A stretch of 64,000 nucleotides of DNA from the NCBI RefSeq assembly GCF_023055435.1, contig NW_025963779.1, forward strand, positions 70,866,001 to 70,930,000, read 5' to 3'. Below the pieces are notes generated by a model. That model did not search any database and was not told the origin of the DNA. It was given only the letters and a program-made list of their open reading frames with translations. Made by a program: the position numbers and the translations under genes. The DNA is from Haliotis rufescens (lineage: Eukaryota). How positions within the stretch are numbered: position 1 is the first letter of the stretch; each line of letters opens with the position of its first letter. Of this stretch, positions 53,501-64,000 are shown piece by piece.

Positions 53501-56500
53501 CGGCTCCCGCCGCGGACCCAACTGTCAGCTACCGCTTGACAAGACGACTTCCGCCGCCGGGCCCATATACGTGGCAACTGTTTGCCCCAACGTATGTTAT
53601 TCTACGATTCCCCGGCTGAAAAGTCGGGAAAGACAAGGTTCCCACTGAGAAGCAGGTAACCCCGGAAAGGTTCCCGCTGAAAAGCAGGTAGCCTTAAGCA
53701 CGAGTATTAATTTGGAAGCAAGTTAATTTGTTACAAGCAGTGTAGCCCACAAGAACCCCGCCACAAAGCACCAGAGTGCTACCCCACACCCACGGCCACG
53801 CGATACGCGGAGATAGCATTGTTGCCCGGCTTGCCTATGTACTGAAAGGAAACACTAACCTGTGGAGATAATATCCTTACTGGCGCAAAACGAGCGCCAG
53901 GGCATGCAATAAATTGTCCGTAAACACACACAGTCCTTTATCACTGAGGTGGACGCCCTCCCAGGCGTACCATGTCTTGTCTGATGCCAGGATCTGGGGA
54001 TGTGGCACTGTTGTACCGCCGAGCTCTTTGACTCGGTTGGTCAGTCGGCGGTTGATATTCTTCCGCATCCCCTCGATCTTTCGTGGATCCCTGGCATCGT
54101 GCCAGTAGCGCCTAAAGCGATTAGATACAGTGACACACGTGTGTACTTGGGGAAGGGCTGCTCGCGAATGACGGACTAACAAAGGGCGGGATGATGCTTG
54201 CGCGGGATTATTCCCCGGGCACGGTGCCGAGTGGTGGCCGGGGTGATTGAGTTACGAGGGGTGATTGGGTTACAGACGTAATTAGCCCATGGTTTGGATA
54301 CGCGCGATAAAGTCATTTAGTAGTTAGTACTAAATGTAAATTTTTTTTAAGATTTTGCAAACACGAAACTTCTTTTTAAGTCGCAAAAACAAGGGGTGAT
54401 AAACCGTCCCTGTGTGTTAGGTAGGGAAATTTGCTTTTCAAGGATTTACATTTGTAAAGAAATACCAATTTTCTGGTAGACAACCACATAAAAAGTATCA
54501 AATAAATGGGATATTCCATGAGTAAAATATCCAGTTTCTCTCATCTCGTGACGGGAGAAAAACAGATATTTTCACTCGTGGCGTATAGAATATTTAGAAG
54601 TGTTAAATCAAATCATATTTTACAAAATATAAACATGTAATATTTTGTGAGTGCAGACTAATCGCCAGAATAATATAATATTGGTAGCTTAAGATAAGTT
54701 TACTTGAAAATCAAAATATAATAAAATCAACTGAGGTATGTAATCTTTTGCTCATCAGTTTATTTTCATTTTAAGTCATTAAGTCTTAATATGCATTTTG
54801 ATGGAGTATTACGGAAAACTACGGATTATTTTTAATTCATTTACGTATGCATATATTTGGCCGGCTGATTCTATTTTTGAGTGCACTGATACGTGGTTGA
54901 TGTTACATGCAATTACTGTTTGATTTCGATTATGATAACTGACATTTAGCAAGTCAGTATAAGTATAAGAATGAGGAAGGTAACATTGCTGTACTTCTTT
55001 GTACTTGCGACAGTGTCCACATTTCATGTAAATATCTGTCGAGTTCATTAGTGTCTCACTGGGTTCCATTCCGGTATTCTTCACGATTATGATCGTGGGT
55101 CTGTTGGCCACAGACAAGAACTTATAGGTTTCTCCGAAGTGGTATACTTCTACGACTTGGGTTCGATTTGGATCTCTTCGACAGACATGATGACGTCATA
55201 AAGCTTAACGTAACGTCGTTCATTCACAATTGACTCTTTTCCCACGATTAATAAAACATCTGTTTTACTCCTAATGATTAACGTATTTTATGTGTCAGTG
55301 GATTTTGCTGGAACTTAAATTTAGCTCGTAAAATTCCGTAGAATCCTTTGCATCACACTGTTAGATTGGATATTTTTGTTTGTTGAGTTTCAAAACAGTA
55401 AATTATGACAACACAGTGTTAAAGGAGCACCTATTCTCATTACATCACATTTCGTTTCAATTCACACCTACCTTTTTCAAAAGTAACTAAGTGCTTTGAA
55501 GTCCTGTGTTCGATTCCCGACACGGGTACAATGTGTGAAGCCCATTTCTGGTGTCTCCCGCCATGATATTGCTGGATTATTGCTAAAAGCGGCGTAAAAC
55601 CATACTCACTCATTCACTTGTGTGACCCCGACATACCATTTCATAATATGCTCACATGATCAGCTATCAATACCATTAAATGTGTGGGATGAAAACCTTG
55701 CTTGATACTTTGTTTACGTAAAGTGAAAACAACAGTTAATTCAGCGTTCGAGTTTTCTTTAAACTAGATTGACAACCATGAAATTGCAAAACTCTAAAGC
55801 TTTTATCAAATTTATTTCATCACTGTTTACTGTTTACTTTTTTAATCACCAACTATACTTCATTCCGATTGATATAATTTATATGCTAACAATCCCAGAT
55901 GAAATATTCTGTAAGTATGAACTAGTTCGGAGGCTGGTTTTTGCAGCCCAAATCGTTTATAAACGTTCGGACGGGGGTTAACACAACTGCACTTGACAAA
56001 CTCTTACTCAAATACAATAACATCGTGTATAAACTCCAACAATATGATCAATGAACTTTAGAATTCATTGGCTTAATGCCACGAAAATAACGTTCTTCTA
56101 TTTTGCAGACTGTCGACCTGGTATGTACTGGAATGGCACCACTTGTGCACAATGCTTGGACGGGCTGCCTGCTGAAAACAAGGGAAGTTGTCCATGTATC
56201 ATACCAGGCAGATGGGGATCAAAGTGTAAACATCAGTGCAACAAATGGTGTTCGGGTGGTACATGCCACCCACTGTCTGGAGAATGTGAAAACTGTAAAC
56301 GGGACAGGTATACCAAGTCCTGTGAAGAGACATGTGCCAACTGTAATAACTGTACAAATACATCCTCAAACTGTCACCGAACAACTGGAACCTGTCTGTG
56401 TGGTTGTAGACAAGGCTTCAGTGGAGGTACATGTGAACAACGCTGCCCTGACAACTGTAGATTCAAGACATGTAATTCCTCTGGAATCTGTGTTGATGGT

Positions 56501-59500
56501 TGTAAGAAAGGATACTTCGGACCAAAATGTGATGAAAAATGTGGAGAATGTGTTAATCAATCTTGTGCAAGAATAGGCACATGTTTGAAAGGTTGCAACA
56601 GTGGATGGCACGGTTTGAAATGCAACACCCCCTGCAGTTACAACTGTGAACTTGCAAATTGTGATCATAACGGAACGTGCATGGCGTGCTTGGGTGGGTT
56701 TCATGGCGACCAATGCAACAAAAACTGTTCTGCTGGATGTGCCACGAGACAGTGTAACAGAGATAGCAATGTAAAGTGCCTTAATACAAGTTGTAGTCAG
56801 ACCTCTGGGGAATGTGACTATGGTTGTGTAACGGGCTGGTATGGAGCCACGTGTAGTGACACATGTCCGGACAACTGTTCTGATGATACATGCAACAGAG
56901 ACGGTGGATCGTGTCTATCTTGTAGGGAGGGGTTCAGAGGGACACACTGTAACATGTCATGTCCTCCAGATTGTGTTGAATGTCAGCAGAATGCCAGTAA
57001 CTGCACATCATGTGAACCTGGTTATTTTGGAAACACGTGTGAAAAAGAGTGCGACGGTTGCCTGGATGGGAGGTGTAACATCACAGATGGGTTCTGCATA
57101 GCCGGTTGTAAACCAAGCTTGTATGGACGAGAATGCCAGTTTAATTGCAGCAGAAATTGTTTGAGGCAAAATGAAGTCTCATCGTGTTTTCAAAGCAACG
57201 GAACCTGTGTTTACGGTTGTAACACTGGATGGTACAAGGCAGAGTGTGATATTCCATGTCCACCAGGGTGTAGCGGGACTACGTGTGATGACTTCACTGG
57301 CAGATGTTCAAATGGTTGCACAGATGCACTGTATGGTCCACACTGTAATCAGTCATGTCGCTGTCTGATGTCCCGATGTAACGCGACGGGCTTATGTACG
57401 GGGTGTCAGAATGGCTACTATGGCCAGAGCTGTTCTTCAACATGTCCATCGAGATGTGATACCTGTGAGCAGAACACCGGCGACTGTGTTACTTGTGTGG
57501 AAGGCTGGCACGGTCACCTGTGCAAAGGTAAGAAGATTGATGTGCTGATATTAGAGTCAAGTCTTAGTTGTTCAAGCTACTGATCGATCATTTCTGAAAA
57601 GGTTTAAAATTTACATTCAGGATATTGTCCCGTTTATTTTAAGTCATCGACAATTAGGCCCAGATGGACCCATATTGTCATCTCTGCGTCTGTAATTTGT
57701 CATTTAAGCTAAAGGGCCTGTATCACACTACCGATGTACCTCGCCGGGACTAAACCGGAGCAAATATTTAACAATGGCGAGAAAATCGGCGGAGCTCCGG
57801 CGAGAAAGCACTTGAAAAATCAAAATTGATAGTAGCAATACCGATGTAGTACCGGCGTTCCCGTTGTTCTACCTTTGTCCTACCGATGTAAGAGCCGATG
57901 TGCTACAGAATACCACTTTTCTGTCAACTTAGTGTTACCGATGCGCCGCTGATGTTATACCGATGTACCATCGTTGACCGGAGCTATAGCGGAGTGATAC
58001 AGTTGCGCTGCCGACGCACTACCGATGTGCTACTATGTGTACATCGGAAGGACAACGGTGTGACGGTGGAACTCCGGTTTCACATCGGCGGCGCATCGGT
58101 ACTACTTCGGTGGTATTCGGTAGTACTACGGTATCACATCGGTACCAGTACTGTACACATTGAGGCCACCGGAGAGCCGGTTCTTATACGTGATATCGTT
58201 GCGCTGCCGTACTTGTACCTATCCCCGAAAATCGCCAAATTTGTGCTCTGGTATAGCTCCGGCGACCCAAATCGGCTAGGTGTGACAGGCCCTTAAGCCA
58301 GTGAATCATTATTGTAACCCACTGTCTGGAGAATGTGAAAACTGTAAACGGGACAGGTATACCAGATCCTGTGAAGAGACATGTGCCAACTGTAATAACT
58401 GCATAAATACATCCTCAAACTGTCACCGAACAACTGGAACCTGTCTGTGTGGTTGTAGACCAGGCCTCTGTGGAGGTGCATGTGAACGACGCTGCCTTGC
58501 CAACTGTAGATTCAAGACATGTAATTCCTCTGGAATCTGTGTTGATGGTTGTAAGGAAGGATACTTCGGACCAAAATGTGATAAAAAATGTGGAGAATGT
58601 GTTAATCAATCTTGTTCAAGAATAGGTACATGTTTGAAAGGTTGCAACAGTGGATGGCACGGTTTGAAATGCAACACCCCCTGCAGTTACAACTGTGAAC
58701 ATTTAAATTGTCATCAGAACGGAACATGCATGGCGTGCTTGGGTGGGTTTCATGGCGACCAATGCAACAAAAACTGTGCCACGAGACAGTGTAACAGAGA
58801 TAGCAATGTAAAGTGCCTTAATACAAGTTGTAGTCAGACCTCTGGGGAATGTGACTATGGTTGTGTATCGGGCTGGTATGGAGCCACGTGTAGTGACACA
58901 TGTCCGGACAACTGTTCTGATGATACATGCAACAGAGACGGTGGATCGTGTCTATCTTGTAGGGAGGGATTCAGAGGGACACACTGTAACATGTCATGTC
59001 CTCCACATTGTGTTGAATGTCAGCAGAATGCCAGTAACTGCACACCATGTGAGCCTGGTTATTTCGGAAACACGTGTGAGAAAGAGTGTGACGGTTGCCT
59101 GGATGGGAGGTGTAATATCACAGATGGGTTCTGCATGGCCGGTTGTAAACCAAGCTTGTATGGACGAGAATGTCGGTTCAATTGCAGCAGAAATTGTTTG
59201 TGGCAAAATGATGTCTCATCGTGTTTTCCAAGTAACGGAACCTGTGTTTACGGTTGTAACACTGGATGGTACAAGGCAGAGTGTGATACTCCATGTCCAC
59301 CAGGGTGTAGCGGGACTACGTGTGATGACTTCACTGGCAGATGTTCAAACGGTTGCATAGATGCACTGCATGGTCCACACTGTAATCACACATGTAGCAG
59401 CAACTGCAGGAATAGTAGCTGTCAAATGGATAGCGCTAACAGAACTGTACTGTCCTGTACAGTTGGATGTGAAGATGGCATGTGGGGCGACTACTGTGCC

Positions 59501-62500
59501 AGTACCTGCCCTGGCCACTGTCCAAAATGCAACAGAACCTTTGGTTCCTGTGTGAAACGTGAGAACCATAGATACCTTATATAGATAGAAGGATTGACAC
59601 ACTAGAGCTCGGCACGCCGACTGTCATACAAAATGTTTAAACGACCAATAATAAAATATTCCTATCTGTTCTCAGTACATGAATATGCTCGATAGTCAGT
59701 AGAAAGCGTTAACCCTCCATGTACTTAAAATAAACTGTTAGTAAAGATTAGTATTGATCTGCACATCGTGACGTCACATTTTCCACTTTTCCCTTTAACT
59801 TTAAATGTTGACCAAATGCAGGTATGGCTTGTATTAAACTAATTAGGATTTATGCAAACAAGATGTAATGAGCGAGAGCGGAACCAAAACAGTAGATCAA
59901 GACAGTAGTTTCTTGTATCTATCGTGGGGGCGGTCGGGTAGCCCATTGGTTAAAGCGTTCGCTCGTCACGCCGAAGACCTGGGTTCGATTCCCGACATGG
60001 GTACAATGTGTGAAGCCCTTTCATGGCATCCCCCGCCGTGATATTGCTGGAATATTGCTTAAAGCGGCGTAAAACCATACTCACTCACTCACTCACTGTA
60101 TCCATCGTGGTACGTCGAGAGATCATGCATTGTCACAGCAATCATCAGGCTCTATAACGGGTTTGGCTTTATAGTGACGAGGCTAATAAAATGAAGTATA
60201 TTTTGATATTATTTGAAAACAGATATGGTTTTTTGATATTTTGGCACCACTTCTTTGCATGAAACATTTATATTGACGAAAACTATAACATATACACGTA
60301 AACATTAAGAGACCAAAAGTAACTCCAGTTCAGATAGTGTTTAGAGGTAAAATAATGTACATTTGAGTTAATTTATTTAGGAATATACTGAGGAAGTATT
60401 AAGATGATGGGCAACAAGCATTTATACATAACGTCTGCATGTACTTAACGTTTTATCAGATAGGTATTTCTAAAATCTTTGTTACATAATGTAACTGTAC
60501 GAATGAAAAATGACGTGTGCATTTTATTGCGCTAGCACTTGTTAATATTGGGAAATCGTTGACCATGTTAACAGTTTCGGTTAAGTAATGTGGTTAGAAT
60601 ATTAAATACATTTTAGCTACACATCTAGGTTAATAGTTTATTCATTAGGAAACAATACAATATGTGCATGTTGGTGTGATATGTTTACTGCAAATAGATG
60701 AGAACGTGCTCATTTATGTATTTCCCTCAGGGTCACTTCATGGATGACGTCAGAGAGTTTCATGTCACGCAACGCAGTTACAATGCAGTGACGATAATTA
60801 AAAAAGCGTTGAGGCACTGCTCGCATAAGCATTCGCACATGTCCTAAAATGGGAAATAACATGATTTTTGTGTAAAGGAAAATATTCTCGCCCATGGGCC
60901 AAACCTTTTTCTCGCCAATGGGCGAAATATTTCAATATCGCTATAAAATCGTTGAATTAAGCTAAAATGAGTTAAATTTTGTGTCATGATACTTGAAGGA
61001 AAACAAGTTAAGTATTTGCCAAACAAAAACATGAGTTTTGTGTAAAGGAAAATATTCTCGCCCATGGGCCAAGCCTTTTTCTCGCCCATGGGCGAAATAT
61101 TTCAATATCGCTATAAAATCGTTGAATTAAGTTAAAATGAGTTAATTTTGTGTCATGATACTTGAAGGAATACATCTACGTATTTGCCAAACAAAAACAT
61201 GAGTTTTGAGTAAAGGAAAATATTCTCGCCCATGGGCCAAGCCTTTTTCTCGCCCATGGGCGAAATATTTCAATATCGCTATAAAATCGTTGAATTAAGT
61301 TAAAACGAGTTAAATTTTGTGTCATGATACTTGAAGGAATGCATTAAAATATATTTGCGAAACAAACACATAAGTTTTGTGTAATGGAAAATATTCTCGC
61401 CCATGCATGGGCGAAATATTTCAATATCGCTATAAAATCGTTGAATTAAGTTAAAATGAGTTAAATTTTGTGTATGATACTTGATGGAATACAAGTTAAG
61501 TATTTGCGAAACAAAAACATGAGTTTTGAGTAAAGGAAAATATTCTCGCCCATGGGCGAGATGGTGTAAATATTGAGTTTTTAAACTCTTTTTTTTCTTC
61601 TTTTTTTTTCCCTTAGTATGTTACCATGAAAACAGCATGCTTATTTTTGTAAATACCTTTGACCGAGACTGGGAAAAGACCGTAGATTTTCTGGACTTTT
61701 GGGTTTCCAGAATTAAAATTGGACGTGTTTTCTCTTTTTGTTTCATATGTAACACTGTATCATTTAAATTGGACTTTTAGTCTATGATTCACGGTTTCAC
61801 TGCCACAGAAGGGTGACAGATTGACAGTATGACCTTAGAACACTCCCAAACTTGGCATTATGAACGAGCAGATGCCATAAAATCATAATGGTATATGCAT
61901 AAATAGATTAAAGAAGTGAAATTAGACAATGTTCGCGAATCAACTTAATATTTTTACGAAATATTTATGTCCACTTATATCTCCAAAGAAAATTATCAAG
62001 TGTAAAATTTCTTCTAACATTGTACGATACCGACTATGTTATAAGTATGTGTCTAGGAATCACAATCAAATATTCAGTGAGGATACCAGGTGTTCAACAT
62101 GAGGTCAGAAATTATTATCGAAAACTTTCCTTTACGAAAAAGTTGCTTATTTTTTCATTTATTTGAAGACACATTGCTCTAATCTTTCTACATTCTCAGC
62201 AACTATTCGTGCCGTGTCTTATGTTTCCATTTAGAACTGGGAATCTACAATAAATTCTTGCTCTTGATGAATATGCGCCAACAATGCAACGTTTGGTCCA
62301 CAGACATAATTATTTAATGGAATGTGCCATAAAATATAAAGGATAAAAAACATATGTACAAAATATTACGCAATGCAATCATAACCTACGTTTGTCTTTT
62401 GTGGAAAGAAACAAATAACTTCTATAAATACTGTCGTGTATTTCATATCATGCATTACAGAAACACCTCAAACCAACACTGTTGTCCCTTGGCTGGTGGT

Positions 62501-63851
62501 TCTGTTTGTGATCATCATCATTCTTCTTATAATGGCTCTATTTGTCGTAAGAAGGTAAGAACAAACAAACCGCATGGTCAATCTTATCTCTAATACGAAT
62601 AGAAACATGATTTCACAGCTGACCAAACCCAAGTGTCACAGTAACCGAAGACTTGCATCATGTGCAGTTTATTCTTACATTTTAATACTTTTTCAGGTTC
62701 TGGTACTGATTGTTATCCTGGGTTTTTTTTCAGGAATAAACCCCACAATATCCTGAAATGGAGATACACTGTCAGTCATTCTCCAAGCAGCACGACTGTA
62801 ATGTCCCTAATCAATCCTTCGTATCAGTCGACGCCAAGAGGTAACTGGGTATTCGTGAATACACGGTCAATCATAAGATGACTTAAAAATGTCAGCATTT
62901 TTTTGGTATTAAGAATAACACAATGATGATCTTCTTTGAACAATATATAAAAACAAAATAGATTGCATTGTACTCACAGTTGCTATGATCTGTGTCCAAT
63001 TGTGATAGTTGTGAAGGCGACTGTACTCCACTGGTTAAACATATCCAGTATAGGTCCAATTGTTCCGATTGGTGTCATGTGTGATGCTTAGACAGTATCT
63101 AGTTGTTTTAAAATATCGCTAAAACTGCCAACTCCTTATAATGTGTTTCAGGTTCCAGAACTCCTGAGGATTCTGACTACCAAGAGCTAGAGCCACTGAC
63201 GAATACAGTCAGAGAGGATGATTACATCACACCAAAAGATACAGACGATGCTTACACACTTACGTCTAGAGCCAGTCACCTTATCTCCCCCAATGAGTCC
63301 GGTAATGATGGGGGATTTACACCTGACCGTAGTCCTCCTCCGTGTCATGTGACAGACGATTCACATCCGAACACCATGTTGTCAACAGAAGTGATGGTGC
63401 AAGGTCTGAGACTCTACGTCGAACAGATGAAGAGGAGTGGTGGTTTCACAACGCAGTGCTATGTATGTCAGTTCTTGATTCTATTTGAAGGCATGCAGGG
63501 TATGGTATATCAATCATTTACGAATACCTTCCCTACGTTTAAAGGTAGATTTAAAATTTTCAATTTCAGACTTATCCACATTAGTCTTTTGTGCATAATA
63601 TATCCATATGTTATTGTTATTATATTATTATACTCAGTTAATAAAACCATATATATCTATAGCCATGATAATCATTCGTAAACACGAATACGTATGACCT
63701 TCAACGTTTTCTCACATTCACTGGTCATTCCTATTTCTGATATTTGAACATGACATGTATTAGAACCTTCCCTGTGGCAAGCTTGGCCCCTGTGACGAAG
63801 CCGAGTTACCAGAGAATGCTTCCAAAAACAGATACAGAAACGTATTACCCT
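50523..63851 (+). CDS. Gene B: ShK + EGF-repeat receptor-type tyrosine phosphatase (runs off the window)
   Basis: Exons 50523-50528 (MK), 50973-51036 (signal peptide), 51225-51332 (ShK), 56109-57527 (473 codons EGF), optional 58302-59558 (EGF), 62461-62554 (TM VVPWLVVLFVIIIILLIMALFVV), 62734-62840 (..INPSYQ..), 63152-63462 (SDYQEL..CHVTDDSHP..GGF, paralogous to exon 96-385), 63764-63851 (ENASKNRYRNVLP, paralogous to 569-656). Phases are compatible. The ectodomain-to-TM link is inferred, and the catalytic site lies outside the window. Confidence 0.75.
52144..54339 (-). mobile_element. Internally deleted Ngaro-type (DIRS order) retrotransposon with split direct repeats
   Basis: Repeat X 52144-52580 = 53316-53761 and repeat Y 52884-53110 = 54114-54339. 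On the minus strand the order is A1-ORF-B1-A2-B2. ORF remnant 53877-54113 ends EGVHLSDKG (SGNH hydrolase DxxH-like block). Absent from gene A intron 3. Confidence 0.7.
57713..58293. mobile_element. MITE with TAA TSD, paralogous copy of 43803-44388
   Basis: Same TIRs, TSD and flanks, so it was copied with the segmental duplication. Confidence 0.9.
58302..59558 (+). CDS. Third EGF-repeat exon (C): 5'-truncated copy of the A/B exon with a different 3' end
   Basis: Open frame of 419 codons. 58317-59388 aligns to the B exon, 59389-59558 is divergent EGF sequence, and there is a phase-1 donor AAAC|GTGAGA. The acceptor CCAG at 58301 is in phase but has a weak polypyrimidine tract. Confidence 0.6.
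59928..60096 (+). mobile_element. tRNA-derived SINE family 1 with TSD
   Basis: TSD TGTATC(T/C)ATCGTGG on both sides and (ACTC)n tail. Confidence 0.9.
60855..61560. repeat. ~170-bp tandem satellite (about 4 units) with CGCCCATGGGCG palindromes
   Basis: Units start near 60858, 61028, 61196, 61366 and 61516. Confidence 0.9.
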
Positions 63852-63874
63852 GTAAGTATGAGTAGACTTGTTTC

Positions 63875-63957
63875 TACTATTACAGTAATACTATTACTAT
63901 AACAGTAATACCATTACTATTACAGTAATACCATTAATATTACAGTAATACCATTAA
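63875..63957. repeat. 20-bp minisatellite (about 4 copies)
   Basis: TACTATTACAGTAATACCAT variants. Confidence 0.85.
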
Positions 63958-64000
63958 CCATAGAGTTTTGAGATACTGCTTTATGTACATGTCTCTCCGC

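Larger units (their letters stand above)
50170..58308 (+). repeat. Segmental duplicate of the gene A 5' region (~39370-44403), from upstream sequence to the MITE
   Basis: Colinear upstream sequence, internally deleted SINE (39874-40004 vs 50621-50751), exons 1-4, introns and MITE. Similarity stops 12 bp after the MITE TSD (GCCAGTGAATCA). Confidence 0.92.

Noticed and set aside
58317-59388. Exon C as an A/B gene-conversion mosaic
   Set aside because: Sites where C matches A can be explained simply as B-specific changes; no clear conversion tracts by eye.
60855-61560. CRISPR-like palindromic repeat array
   Set aside because: Sequences between palindromes are themselves repeated (no unique spacers); eukaryotic context with no cas genes.

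Overview
Eukaryotic (animal) genomic DNA, AT-rich, intron-containing and dense in tRNA-derived SINEs. The repeat families look molluscan, probably gastropod/abalone-like (inference). The window is a cluster of cell-surface receptor genes. (1) 3' half of a single-domain receptor tyrosine phosphatase with intact catalytic motifs (+, 96-5193). (2) A relic of an ITAM-tail exon (~11.6 kb). (3) A disrupted minus-strand YWTD-propeller/EGF-repeat/TM receptor (15-31 kb) with a 5x tandemly amplified EGF exon and a DNA transposon carrying a USP-like protease inserted in an exon. (4) Gene A (+, 39777-46962): signal peptide, ShK domain, ~13 MEGF10/Draper-type EGF repeats in one 1.4-kb exon, TM, and a short tail with a canonical ITAM. 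(5) Gene B (+, 50523 to beyond the window): a ~90% identical ShK-EGF ectodomain joined, across a chimeric extra EGF exon, to a different TM, NPxY, an ITIM-like motif and a PTP domain paralogous to gene 1. The main candidate novelty is an invertebrate paired-receptor system: near-identical ectodomains wired to either an ITAM (activating) or a phosphatase (inhibitory) tail, apparently built by ectodomain duplication and swapping. All gene models were assembled by eye from splice sites and reading frames. No database searches were run, and two N-gaps show the assembly is imperfect.
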